In this document: piece by piece, positions 9,901 through 18,774 of the stretch
How the letters are laid out: each line of letters starts with the position of its first letter
Position numbering within the stretch: the stretch's first letter is position 1
Origin: an uncultured Gemmatimonadaceae bacterium
Lineage (GTDB): Bacteria > Gemmatimonadota > Gemmatimonadetes > Gemmatimonadales > Gemmatimonadaceae
Length of the DNA stretch: 64,000 nt
Direction of reading: 5' to 3'
Assembly (NCBI GenBank): GCA_963716745.1
Contig: OY970320.1
Coordinates: forward strand, 800,001 to 864,000
Notes under the pieces: model-generated
What the model saw: the letters and a program-made list of their open reading frames with translations, nothing else
Database searches by the model: none
Told to the model about the DNA's origin: nothing
Program-made: the position numbers and the translations under genes

Positions 9901-10415
9901 CGAACCCCCTGCATGGCCTCGAGCATGCCGGCGTAGCAGCAGAGCTGCACGATGAAGGCCGGCTTCGCCGAGCGCGCGAGTTTGACGTCGCGGGGCTCGT
10001 AGTGGTAGTCGCCGAGTTTCGAGGGGCCGGGGATTTTGTACAGGAGATCCGGATAGCCCTGCCAGTCGCCGTCGGTGAGGCAAGCTTGGTAGATCACATT
10101 CGCACCAGCGTGCATGGCGTCCAGCGTGTGGCGCGCGGCATGCTCGTCGTTGCGATCGATCTCCACGAGGTCCGGGATCTCGGCGCGCAGTTTGGCGAGG
10201 TGCCGCTTCTCGTGCTCATCGCCCATGCGCGCGGCGAGATCATCGCCGCCTTCGCGGACGTCGGGGGCGATCGAGATGCCGGCGGGGATTCCGGGAACGG
10301 CCGCGGCGCCGCCCTCGAACTTGGACCGCTCACACCAAGCCGAAAAATCGCCTTCGAGGAAAGCGAGAAGGTCCTTTGGCGAGAACTGCGTGCGGCCGTC
10401 GGGGAGTTTCTTCAC
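6999..10415 (-). CDS. TM0106-family RecB-like nuclease + RNase H-like + UPF1-like SF1 helicase
   Basis: GYPDLL..DVKLAR..QLCCY; FFDMEG..YNRVDC; QGPPGTGKT, FIDEAGQ, GDQMQL, SVDKFQGQE, NVAVSRA. Confidence 0.93.
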   Translation of the reverse strand: MKKLPDGRTQFSPKDLLAFLEGDFSAWCERSKFEGGAAAVPGIPAGISIAPDVREGGDDLAARMGDEHEKRHLAKLRAEIPDLVEIDRNDEHAARHTLDAMHAGANVIYQACLTDGDWQGYPDLLYKIPGPSKLGDYHYEPRDVKLARSAKPAFIVQLCCYAGMLEAMQGVRPKQIKFIFGDSTEESFKTDDFYFYYLVQRDAFLVFQKNWRRDNMPDPGLERSYGQWSTFAEQLLEERDHLSRVANITRTQIRRLEDAGITTLKDFADSTIVGIPRISPETLTKLRRQAALQQASRELDKPLFELRPPSPNDPGRGLALLPPPRPLDVFFDMEGFPFYPGGLEYLFGAVTVEDGKPKFHDWWAHSPEQEKKAFEGFVDFAHARWQQDPEMHVYHYAAYEKTALRRLMGKYATRENEVDDLLRNEVLVDLYNIVRQGVTIGATGYSLKDIECLYMPPREQAVSNAGDSVLAYQAWIDSGEPQGWAGSARLNEIREYNRVDCESTVGVRDWLMDRKAEFDAKYPAPPVATEPAGADDDRPPREPDPGAVVAAKLAEMAEEEEDPERARVTALVGWLVEYHRREEKPVWWQYFDRLEKTEEQLREDFDCLTGLVRTKKAARPEKQSLAHEYSFDPNSDTKLHAGCKVVVTDQWRTKCSIVTLDADAGLLELKLSKNKQLPDRLSLIPDDYLSAKPIKESLVRFAQQCTTHDERCTAIDDLLFRRKPRIEGHDGGALVEDGPNFLRDAIDIVCRLDGSTLCIQGPPGTGKTYTASSMIVELLRRGKRVGIAANSHKVVLNVMAAILKNDPAPPGNAALYKVGSDGDETVELHERITHLAASGDADQLAGTPGPWVLGGTAWLFSREALVGSLDYLFIDEAGQVSLANAVAMGQSAKNIVLIGDQMQLAQPLKGTHPGESGMSCLEYALNGHATIPPDFGIFLGLSYRMHPDVCAFISDAFYEGRLKSATRTEGNAVGTQHGIVWMPVEHEGNSQSSDEEADAIVPLVKELLARSVTVENKPARAMTTEDVLVVAPFNMQVRNLRGRMDPAVRVGSVDKFQGQEAPVVIVSMCSSTLEDSPRGAEFLLSANRMNVAVSRAKAVAGVLGSPGLMAGRCRGVDEMRQVNLMCRLARHAERTSTC

Positions 10416-11104
10416 TCGGATACGTCGTCCTCGCCATAAGGCCGCGGCTCAATGCGAACCCCCAGCTTGAGGAGGTCGCACGTCCACTGAAAGCAAGTGA
10501 CAGCGACAGGTGAGGAAAATACCTGCGTGTCGTCCGCCATTGGGCTGTCGAGGAGTCCGATGAACCCGACCTCCTCTCCGCTATCGGGATCGAGCCACGG
10601 CATGTACGGCTCGCATTCAGTCACGGCCGCGCGCGCTATAGCGTACGCGGGATTCAAACGGCGACAGATCGAAAGCACCTGCTCAGGATCGTCGATCTCG
10701 ATGATCTCATCGACGCTCCGCTTTTCACCAAGCCAGCGCTTCAGCACCTTGGCATCTCCCTTCACGGGGCCGCCGTAGATCCTCGCGAATGTTCGTTCCG
10801 TGAGCGCCGAGCCGCCGCGTTGGCTGACGCGATCGCGCAGCGCCTCAGTGGCTGCCTTTCCGAGCACGCGCTCCATTCGATCAATGTGCGCGCCCTCATT
10901 TCCGTCCGCGAGTTCCTCGCGCAGCCATTGGAGCATGCGGCCGCGTGTAAGCCGGGCGATCTCCATATCCGGGGCACTGAGGCGGTACTCGGCGCCCTCT
11001 TCGAGGTATGTGGCGGTCACGAAACTGTCGGACTTCTTCGCGGCCGTGAGTCTGCGGAGGAGCGGGCGCGCGTGCTCGTCGGCGTACGCGATCGCCTCAC
11101 GCAT
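10412..11104 (-). CDS. Hypothetical protein translationally coupled to the TM0106 gene
   Basis: 230-aa ORF with GTGA stop/start overlap at 10412-10415. Confidence 0.6.
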   Translation of the reverse strand: MREAIAYADEHARPLLRRLTAAKKSDSFVTATYLEEGAEYRLSAPDMEIARLTRGRMLQWLREELADGNEGAHIDRMERVLGKAATEALRDRVSQRGGSALTERTFARIYGGPVKGDAKVLKRWLGEKRSVDEIIEIDDPEQVLSICRRLNPAYAIARAAVTECEPYMPWLDPDSGEEVGFIGLLDSPMADDTQVFSSPVAVTCFQWTCDLLKLGVRIEPRPYGEDDVSE

Positions 11105-11179
11105 GCGAGCGGGAGGATGATCGGGGGCTCATAGTTCCACGGGCGAAACGTCTGCTCGTTCAAAGGCGCCTTCCGAAGA

Positions 11180-11374
11180 TCATGTGCCGTACGCCTCCCG
11201 CGGCGGCACGAGCCGCAAGATCGGCGCACCACAGAAAGTCTCCACCAGATTGTTCTCGGCGCGCGGAGGCGTCGGAACTTTCAGGTAGAACTTCTGCGGG
11301 CAGTAGGTCGGCTCCCGCCCGTTCACGTAGCGGCGGCCGCACTTTGGGCACTCCCACGAGAAGCGGTTCGACAT
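11180..11374 (-). CDS. Stand-alone 4-Cys (Zn-ribbon-like) small protein
   Basis: SWECPKCGRRYVNGREPTYC..CGAPIL, homologous to the N-termini of the next two genes. Confidence 0.75.
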   Translation of the reverse strand: MSNRFSWECPKCGRRYVNGREPTYCPQKFYLKVPTPPRAENNLVETFCGAPILRLVPPREAYGT

Positions 11375-11380
11375 GCAAGG

Positions 11381-11402
11381 AATCTGCACCCTGGGTCTGA
11401 CA
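11381..11402 (-). promoter_or_regulatory. PafBC-like promoter TGTC-N12-CAGATT, leaderless
   Basis: Minus strand TGTC AGACCCAGGGTG CAGATT CCTTGC ATG(11374). Confidence 0.6.
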
Positions 11403-11457
11403 GTGGTGAGGTCTCGGCAATTGCTGCCGCCGGTAGTCGGGAACGCCTAAGTCTGCC

Positions 11458-12136
11458 TCACTCTTCCGTCTGCTCCAGCGCCGCCTTCGGGTCCATTCCT
11501 TCGTAGATCACCTTCATCAGTCGGTCGAACTCCAGAGTCGGCCAGACAGAAGCTCGCGTTGATCACGTTATTGACCATCTGCTCGGTGAGCACGCAGTCG
11601 TCGACATCGATCCCGGTGCGGTAACGCACGAGGCCTTCCTCGAAGTCGAAATCGAAGCCGCCGACGATCGCGGCCCAGTTCGCTCGCGTGACGTACTCCG
11701 CAACGGCCGGCCGCCGCACGGGCGGCACTTTGAGCGCCAGCATCGCGCGCGCAATGACCTGTCGCTCCTCTTCGCGCGCCGTGACAATGACGCGGAGCGT
11801 CGAGTGCCTTCCGTTCAGCGTGAACTCCACGCTCTCATACTCAGGCAAGACCAAATGAGGCCAACCGCGGCCCTGCACCGCGCTGACCGCTATCGCCAAC
11901 AGGGAGCCGTCGGGCGCTGTCCCGCCCCCGCTCGCTTTTTCCTCGAATGGCTCGGCTGGCCGCGCGAGGGGCAGGATCGGCGCGCCGCACCGCGTGGCGA
12001 GCAGCCCGGTGGCAGCGTCGGCCCGCGGATGCGCCGGCGCGTGCAGTGAGAGTTGCTCCTCGCAGTACGTCGGCTCCTCACCGTTCACGTACTTCTTGCC
12101 GCACTTGGGGCACTGCCAGCTGTAGACAGTTTGCAT
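11458..12136 (-). CDS. 4-Cys domain + YbjN-family protein (frameshift near 11535)
   Basis: MQTVYSWQCPKC..; VAEYVTRANW..GGFDFDFEEGLVRYR (YbjN). The alternative frame gives FDRLMKVIYEGMDPKAALEQTEE*, matching the paralogue. Confidence 0.8.
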
Positions 12137-12142
12137 GCTATG

Positions 12143-12163
12143 AGTGTGCAAAGGGTTGCGACA
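12143..12163 (-). promoter_or_regulatory. PafBC-like promoter TGTC-N11-CACACT, leaderless
   Basis: Minus strand TGTC GCAACCCTTTG CACACT CATAGC ATG(12136). Confidence 0.5.
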
Positions 12164-12886
12164 TCACTTCTCCGGCCGCTCCAGAGCCGCCTTCGGCTCC
12201 TCGCCGCCGTAGATCACCTGCATCAAGCGGTCGTGGTAGATGTCCGCCATGTACGAGGTCATCCCGAACAGAGTGTCGACCATCTTCTCGGTGAGCGTGC
12301 CGCCCTCCACATCAATGCCGCAGCGGAAGCGCACACTGCCGTTCTCGAAGTCGAGATCGAAGGCGCCAGTGAAACACCTGTAGTTCACGCGCGCGATGAA
12401 CTCCGCGGCGGCCGGCCGGCGTTCTGGAGGCACCTTGAGCGCCAGATAAGAGGACACGATGACCTGTTGTTCGGGTTCGCGCGCGGTGACGACGACGCGG
12501 ACCGTCGTGCGCTTGCAGGCGAGCGAGAATTCCACTGCAGGGAATTCAGCGTACCGCGCGAAATTCCACTTGCACGCGCGAATGGTGCTGACCACCGTGG
12601 CCATGATCGGACCGTCGGGCGCTCTCTCCTCTTCGCTGATTCTCTCCTCGTTGGGATCGCAGGCGTCAATGCTATCGGACATGTCCGGCGACTCCTCCCG
12701 CGCCGCTTCCGGCGCCTCAAGCGGCAGGATCGGCGCGCCACAGCGCGTCTCCACGAGCCCGCTCTCGTCCGCGAGCGGATGCCCGGGCGTCTTCAGGAAG
12801 AACGACTGCTCGCAGTACGTGGGCTCTTTCCCGTTCACGTATTTCTTGCCGCACTTGGGGCACTGCCAGCTGTAGACGGTTTGCAT
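12164..12886 (-). CDS. 4-Cys domain + YbjN-family protein
   Basis: MQTVYSWQCPKCGKKYVNG..; AAEFIARVNY..GAFDLDFENGSVRFR. Confidence 0.85.
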   Translation of the reverse strand: MQTVYSWQCPKCGKKYVNGKEPTYCEQSFFLKTPGHPLADESGLVETRCGAPILPLEAPEAAREESPDMSDSIDACDPNEERISEEERAPDGPIMATVVSTIRACKWNFARYAEFPAVEFSLACKRTTVRVVVTAREPEQQVIVSSYLALKVPPERRPAAAEFIARVNYRCFTGAFDLDFENGSVRFRCGIDVEGGTLTEKMVDTLFGMTSYMADIYHDRLMQVIYGGEEPKAALERPEK

Positions 12887-12892
12887 GAACTG

Positions 12893-12914
12893 AATGTGCG
12901 AGGGGGGTGTGACA
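12893..12914 (-). promoter_or_regulatory. PafBC-like promoter TGTC-N12-CACATT, leaderless
   Basis: Minus strand TGTC ACACCCCCCTCG CACATT CAGTTC ATG(12886). Confidence 0.6.
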
Positions 12915-13028
12915 TTGAACTACGCGGGAAGCGGGAAGCGCTGCGGGATGCGCCAACTGCGCGAGGGCCCCACGCGCCGTTCATGCTCAACGCGGCGCTT
13001 CCCGCTTCCCGCTTCCCGCGTAGTTCAA
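12915..13028. repeat. Family A palindromic element (GGGAAGC heptamers)
   Basis: TTGAACTACGCGGGAAGCGGGAAGCG...CGCTTCCCGCTTCCCGCGTAGTTCAA. Confidence 0.9.
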
Positions 13029-14173
13029 GAAGCCTGCGCCTGGAATGACCGCCGCAGCGCCTCCTTCGCCCAAGTGATCTGCTGCGCCTTTTCAGTGAAG
13101 AGTTTCTGCAGCCGCGGATCCAGCCCCGCGCGATCCGGATGGCACGCCGCGATTATCGTGCGATATGCGCGCTCGATCTCGCCGTAGCTCGCGGTAGAAG
13201 AAACACCGAGCAGGATGCGCGCCTTCTCGAGATCCTCCCGAATCCGCTGCTGGCGGCGGGCGCGCGGGTCATCCTGATGCTGCTGACTCCCTTTCGCGCG
13301 CGCCTCGTTCGTTCGCGCCTCCCTCCGCGCCTCCTCGGCGCCACTCGTGCCGCGAGCGGCGTAGGCGATCTCCTTGAACAATTCCGTGATGTCATGCCCC
13401 GAGAAGTCGAGCGATTTCGCCACCAGGTGGACGGCCGCGGACATTTCCGCCGTGAGCGGGCCATCGGCGAGCGCGAGATTTCGGATGAGTCGCGCATACG
13501 GCGCGCGCTCGGCTGGCGACAACGAGCACACCGGATAGACAATGGTGCGCTTCACAAAGAGGATCTCGCGGATACGCTTCTCGCTGAGTTTCCCCTTGAA
13601 CGCGTCGCATAGGTAGACGACAGCGATCTCGTGGGCCTTGGGCGCGCAGCATGACTCGGCCCACACCAACGTCGCACAAACGAAGGCCGCAACGTCCAGC
13701 CATGCGCGCTCGCGAGGAACGAGACCGTCGGCGTCGAGCCGAACGGTGTTCGGATCCAGACCGGCCTGGTGGATGAGCGACTCCACGGTCTCCTGGCGAG
13801 CCGGCCGCGACAGCTCCCGGAGATCGCGTACGGCGTAATAGGGCGCCGCAAAGAGGCCGCCAATGCTGCCAAGTCCCGTGAACGCCGCGCGAGCGATGCC
13901 CCTCCTCGATGCGCGTCGCACGCACTTCGAGCAGCCGGCGACGACCCGGGAATCAAGGGAAGTGAACCACCCGCGCCCACGGATCACGCGCAGCACGCGC
14001 GCCTCCTGCATGTGCGCCTTGCCGCAGATGGGACACGGTACGTCGTAGCCGTACAGCGGCGGGGGCGGAGGTGCGGCGCGAGGCGCCGCGTTCCGCGACG
14101 CGGAACTCTCCTTCGCCACGCGGAACATGGCCCGGATGATCATGAATGCGATAACTGCGCCAGCATTACCCAT
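13025..14173 (-). CDS. Membrane protein with Zn finger, TerB-like region and C-terminal J domain (DjlA-like)
   Basis: N-terminal TM; CPIC..CSKC; NLALADGPL; ILLGV..IERAYR..CHPDR. Confidence 0.75.
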   Translation of the reverse strand: MGNAGAVIAFMIIRAMFRVAKESSASRNAAPRAAPPPPPLYGYDVPCPICGKAHMQEARVLRVIRGRGWFTSLDSRVVAGCSKCVRRASRRGIARAAFTGLGSIGGLFAAPYYAVRDLRELSRPARQETVESLIHQAGLDPNTVRLDADGLVPRERAWLDVAAFVCATLVWAESCCAPKAHEIAVVYLCDAFKGKLSEKRIREILFVKRTIVYPVCSLSPAERAPYARLIRNLALADGPLTAEMSAAVHLVAKSLDFSGHDITELFKEIAYAARGTSGAEEARREARTNEARAKGSQQHQDDPRARRQQRIREDLEKARILLGVSSTASYGEIERAYRTIIAACHPDRAGLDPRLQKLFTEKAQQITWAKEALRRSFQAQAS

Positions 14174-14201
14174 GACTTGAGCCTCCCGGATTGTTGATCG
14201 C

Positions 14202-14223
14202 AATCTGGGAGGGGGGTGTGACA
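14202..14223 (-). promoter_or_regulatory. PafBC-like promoter TGTC-N12-CAGATT
   Basis: Minus strand TGTC ACACCCCCCTCC CAGATT, then GGAGG and ATG 14173. Confidence 0.6.
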
Positions 14224-14320
14224 GCCTACTCTCGCCGGCTTCCCGGTGTTCGGTTATTCGCTGCTGACACCGGGATATTGCATATTCTGGCGGCCAACAA
14301 TTCGAGGAATCGCGAAGGGC

Positions 14321-15997
14321 ATGACTGAAAACGATCAGGAAAGCGAAACGGGCCCCGCATGGGAACTCGCACGCGCGCTCAAGTCGTTCGGCGAGGCTGA
14401 TGACTCGTCGGCACTCGAGGAGCTTCGCCCAGCATATGCCGCAGCCGAGGCGGCGACGACCGAGCGCGAGCGCCTCGACGTGCTGATTGCAGTCATTGGT
14501 GCGGCGGAACGCCAGCATATTCGCGGTGATGCCCTGCTCCCTTTCCTCCTCTTCGATGGCTCGCCTTCCGTTATCTCGACCGCCGCGCTCCACTCCGTCC
14601 CCGTGTGGCCGGGTGTCTCCGACGAATCACCGCTCCGCGGCGTCGAGGAGTTGCTTCGCCTCGCCGACATCGCGGTCGAGCAAGGCGACGAACCACGCGC
14701 AGTAGCCATTGTGAGCGGAATGCTCCTGCTGGGGGACCGGCGCGTTGCTCAAGCGCTCCGCAATGTGCAACGTCATTTCACCGCGGCCGGGCAGACACTG
14801 CTCGCACGGCTCGGCGGCGTCGCCGCATATGCAACGGTTATCGACTGGCTCATCGACTGGCTTGAAGACTGCGAGCGGAACGAGTTCGGATCGGTCGCCG
14901 GGGCATTGTCTCGTTTCTCGGATCAGGCGAGGAAGGACGGTGTGATCGAAACGAGACGTGCATTGCCCATCTGGTCGCGTCCGCTGGAGGAGGCATCGAT
15001 ACACGTCGGCGAGTGGACTTTCGAGGAGTTCGCGAAGCGCATTCGGCCGCGCCTCCTGCAGATCGCCGCCGATGAAGCCGCACCCCGCATCATGCACAAT
15101 GTGCTCAAGGCCTGGGGCATTTCGCACACGAATCGCTGGGTGACCGGCATCCATCGCCGGCCGGCTGTGAGCGACGCATCGCAGCGGCCCCTGTTGCCAC
15201 AACTGCCACCCGGGACATCCACGGGAGAATTATTCGAACCCATCGAGCTCAAGGATGCGGATTTCGTCGCGCGCGACGGCACGATCCTGATCGGCTGGGC
15301 GATCTTCAATCCCAACGGCCCGACGTTCAGTTGTGTCGGCCTACTGCCGACGGAGGACCCCGAAGTCGATCTGCTATTCTACCGCATGCTCAACCCATTC
15401 ATGCAGAGCTCGTGCACGTTCGCGGCGTTGCGTGGCAGCGAGCGCGACTCTGGCGAGATGCTCGAGCGACTTCTCGCTCCGTTGTTCGGCCGGAATCACA
15501 TTGGCGCTGAGAACTGGAGCTACCCGTTGTTCGGCGGCCTCCCCACCGTCGCCTTCGTCGTCGGCAGCGACGAGGCAAGAGACGCGATTGCAGGCTGGTT
15601 CTGGAGCAACGTCGCACTCGCGGAGGAAGACTTCGTGACGGCCTCCTGGCGGATGCGAGCATTTCCGCTAAGTCCCTGGGAGCGCGTGGGGGCCGAGCGC
15701 GACGAGGCATTGGCTTCGATGACCGATGATGGCCTTCTCGCGATCCCCCGCACCGGTGGCCCGGCGACGCCGGAGGAGTTCACCGACTGGTGGAGTCTCG
15801 TCACATCGGCGGACACCCTCTACTCGGAGTTCTACTGTATTCCTGGCGCGTGGTTTGGAGCGATCGACCATGCGCCGGGCGCGTTGGGGGCCAGCGACGA
15901 CTATACGTTCTGGCAGCTTGATGATTTCGTGGCGCGTTACGGGGTGACGTTGTTCCGGAACTTGGCAGCGACAGCGGACGGCGAGGCAGACTCTTAG
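14321..15997 (+). CDS. Hypothetical protein (helical N-terminal half)
   Basis: Long ORF with ATG after GAAGGG; no motif recognised. Confidence 0.7.
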   Translation: MTENDQESETGPAWELARALKSFGEADDSSALEELRPAYAAAEAATTERERLDVLIAVIGAAERQHIRGDALLPFLLFDGSPSVISTAALHSVPVWPGVSDESPLRGVEELLRLADIAVEQGDEPRAVAIVSGMLLLGDRRVAQALRNVQRHFTAAGQTLLARLGGVAAYATVIDWLIDWLEDCERNEFGSVAGALSRFSDQARKDGVIETRRALPIWSRPLEEASIHVGEWTFEEFAKRIRPRLLQIAADEAAPRIMHNVLKAWGISHTNRWVTGIHRRPAVSDASQRPLLPQLPPGTSTGELFEPIELKDADFVARDGTILIGWAIFNPNGPTFSCVGLLPTEDPEVDLLFYRMLNPFMQSSCTFAALRGSERDSGEMLERLLAPLFGRNHIGAENWSYPLFGGLPTVAFVVGSDEARDAIAGWFWSNVALAEEDFVTASWRMRAFPLSPWERVGAERDEALASMTDDGLLAIPRTGGPATPEEFTDWWSLVTSADTLYSEFYCIPGAWFGAIDHAPGALGASDDYTFWQLDDFVARYGVTLFRNLAATADGEADS

Positions 15998-16061
15998 CGA
16001 GGGTCAGAGGCTTCGAGCGGCGCCATCTGCGAACCGAACGAGAATCCTCGTCAGGCCGCGC

Positions 16062-16091
16062 TTGACGATGATATATACCTATCTGTATACT
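16062..16091 (+). promoter_or_regulatory. Sigma70-type promoter with overlapping TATAC-N6-GTATA inverted repeat
   Basis: TTGACG(16062)-N18-TATACT(16086); IR at 16074-16089. Confidence 0.5.
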
Positions 16092-16117
16092 GCGGGCACC
16101 ATGGTCTCGAGGCGCCA

Positions 16118-16516
16118 ATGGCACTGAAGGTAACGCACGGCAGCGGCAACATCTTCGTTGATGTCGGCTTTTCGCGGCCGCAGGCCGCGGTCATGCTGCT
16201 GCGCTTTGAGCTTGCGCTCGCGATTGAACAAATCATACAGTCTCGCGGATTGACGCAAGTACGCGCCGCCAGGCTGTTCGGCGTGAGTCAGCCCCGCGTC
16301 AGCAATGTGGTGCGCGGCAAGATCGATCGCTTCAGCATCGACACTCTGGTCGAAATGATCGGTCGCGCAGGAGCGCACGTCACGATCTCGGTGTGGCGGA
16401 CGCGGAGATTGCGCGTGACGATTCTGCCGCGCAGAACACCGCCTCGAGTGCGCGAGATGACTGAACTGCGCGGGAAGGGGGGCGCGGGACGCGCCCCGCG
16501 TACTAAGGAGCGCTGA
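16118..16516 (+). CDS. XRE/HTH_37 HigA-like antitoxin or regulator (orphan)
   Basis: GSGNIFVDVGF..GLTQVRAARLFGVSQPRVSNVVRGKIDRFSIDTL. Confidence 0.85.
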   Translation: MALKVTHGSGNIFVDVGFSRPQAAVMLLRFELALAIEQIIQSRGLTQVRAARLFGVSQPRVSNVVRGKIDRFSIDTLVEMIGRAGAHVTISVWRTRRLRVTILPRRTPPRVREMTELRGKGGAGRAPRTKER

Positions 16517-17464
16517 TCTCCCTCAGCCTCTTCGCGATCTCCCGGCGCACGGACTCCGGCTCCAGCACCACCGCATCCACGCCGTATTGAAGCACATGCC
16601 TCACAGCCCACCGCGCGTCCGCCAACGGATGCTCCATAATAAGCGAGCCGTCTCTTGCGAGCGGCAGCCCCTCTCGCTCCGCGATCCACCGCGCGATCTT
16701 CGCGCTGTAGCGCACCTTTAGCGTTTCGGGCTCCTCGGCGTGGAAGATCTTGCCGCCAGCGGCGATCGCGTCGAGTGAGAACTCAACTGGCACCTCGTAC
16801 GGCTCGTTGGTGGGAGACGCGCTCTCGATGCGGTCGAGCCGGAAGATCCTAATGGACGCACGCTCATAACAATGCGCGACGATATACCACGCCCCGTTCG
16901 CGGCGATTAGGCCATAAGGACCGATCAGGCGGGCTTTTGATTCCGTCGCGTCGGCACTGCGATACATGATCTTCACCTTCTTGTGCGCCCGCATCGCGCC
17001 GCGAACGGCGGCGAGATGACCGCCGTCGCCGGCGCCGCCGAGCTCGGCGTGGCGGCCCGCGTTCGAAAGCTCGCTCTGAGCGGCAATTTGCCCAGTGCCT
17101 GGCGCAATCGTTTGCGCGCCCCGTCTATTGCGCGATGCTGATTGGGTGGCCGTTCGCGCCGCAACATCGCCAGTCCAAGATCCAGCGCGCAAAGTTCCGG
17201 TGCGGTGAGACGCATGGGCCGGGCGAAATGACTGGCCCGCATCTGCACGCTTTCGGTTGAGCTCTCGATGAGCACGTGCAGGCCGGGGACGAATCCGCCG
17301 GGGTCGCCGAATCGCTCGCTGAGCGAATAGAGGTCGCCGAGTATCGTGTCCACGTCCGTGCCGGCGAGCTTGGCGACTCTCGTGAGTTGATGCGCTTTGC
17401 CGTCGGCCAGGCGCGGGATGAGCTGCAGCAGCCGCCGGAGCTGGACGGACGCCTCTTCGCTCAT
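16503..17464 (-). CDS. PafC-like wHTH-WYL-WCX regulator (frameshift near 17060)
   Basis: MSEEASVQLRRLLQLIPRL..FARPMRLTAPE; RLIGPYGL..WYIVAHC..FRLDRI; VLQYGVDAVVLEP. Confidence 0.85.
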
Positions 17465-18590
17465 CGCGCGCCCTCCATGGCGGCGAGCGTCTCGCGCGCG
17501 AGCGATACGGAATTTCGCGACGAACGGCTTCGGTTCCACCGGCACGGCGTCGCCGCCGAACGACAGCAACCAGCGCGCGAAGTGATCGGGCCGCCGCACA
17601 TGGAACACGCGCTTCCCCGCTCCGCCGCGCACCGGCGTGCCCAGCTTCGCCGCGGCGCGCACGGCGCCGGTATCGCCGCGGAAATCGACGGTCACCTGGA
17701 TCTCTTCTTCGTCGCCGAGATTCCATGACTCGCGCGAACGGCTCTCGGCGGCAAGGTCGAATGTGGAGGGGATCGCGTAGTCCGCGCTGCCGGCGCGCTT
17801 CTTGTTCACTTCCACGCTCGACATTCGGCTCAGCCGGAAATTGCGCATCTCCTCCTTGCCGCGGTCGCGCGCGACCAAGTACCAATGCGCGCCGAGGAAC
17901 ACGAGGCCGTACGGTTCCGCCTCGCGCGCGGCCGATTTGCCCGTTTGCATCGTGAGGTAGTTGAACGTCACGATCTTCTTGTCCAGCAGCGCGGCGCCGA
18001 GTTTCGCGAACACTTTCGCGTCCACGCGCTCGGCGACAACGTGCTCGCCGCTCCCAGCGGGCTGCGTGGCGTCCACCGGGAGATCGAACGCGAGTTTTCG
18101 CATGGCGCTCTCGGCGTCTGCGCCGAGCATGGGATCGCCGAGCGATCGCGACGCGGGCGGCGGCGCTGCCGACGGCCTCGAGCTCATCGGGCTCGAACGC
18201 GAGCGTCGCGAGCGAGCGATAGCCCGGGGGTCCGATGCGCGGGCGCGCGGAGTGCCCGCTCGCGACTACTTGAATGAAGGGGAGATAGAAATCGTCGTGG
18301 CGCAGGCGGTAGGCGTCCTTCTCATCTTCGCCTTTGCCTTTGATCGTCTCGATCGCGACGCCGAAGGCGCGCAACTCATCCTTGTCGCGCTCGAACATTC
18401 GCTCGAGCGTCGCGGCGTTGGCGCCGGCGCCGTAGCCGGGAACATCCCGTCGCAGTTCGGCAAAGGACACCGGCATTCGATGCGCCAGCAGCGCGGCAAG
18501 GAGATCGATCCAGCGTTGCAGCTTGGGCGTGCGCTCGGCTCCGCGGGTCGCGGCCTTCTTCTTGGCAGGCGGCTTCTTGCGTGGAGGCAT
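17461..18590 (-). CDS. PafB-like wHTH-WYL-WCX regulator (frameshifts near 18150 and 17490)
   Basis: KLQRWIDLLAALL..ERMFERDKDELRAFG (PafB-type signature); EPYGL..HWYLVARD..FRLSRM; WLLSFGG; ATGA overlap with the next gene. Confidence 0.85.
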
Positions 18591-18599
18591 GGTTCGCAG

Positions 18600-18628
18600 A
18601 GTGTGCCCCATCGTGGGGGTGAACGCAA
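18600..18628 (-). promoter_or_regulatory. Housekeeping-type promoter of the pafBC-like operon
   Basis: TTGCGT-N17-CACACT, 9 nt before ATG 18590. Confidence 0.45.
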
Positions 18629-18658
18629 GGAGGCGCGATGAGCACGAGCTTGCTTAGT

Positions 18659-18765
18659 GCGCGGGAAGCGGGAAGCGGGAATCGCCGCGGGATGCGTGAA
18701 CAGCGCGAGGGGCCATCGCGCCCTTCTCGCATCCCGCGGCGCGTCCCGCTTCCCGCGTCCCGCGC
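18659..18765. repeat. Family A palindromic element
   Basis: GCGCGGGAAGCGGGAAGCGGGAATCGCCGCGGGATGCG...CGCATCCCGCGGCG..CCCGCGC. Confidence 0.9.
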
Positions 18766-18774
18766 CTGAAGTAG

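Noticed and set aside
8679..10439. Long antisense or alternative-frame ORFs (also 39981..42698, 42826..44571, 45543..47408, 57805..59109)
   Set aside because: Shadow ORFs of real genes caused by high GC3; no motifs.
11180..12886. DGR template/variable repeat pair
   Set aside because: Differences between the paralogues are not adenine-specific and no reverse transcriptase is present.
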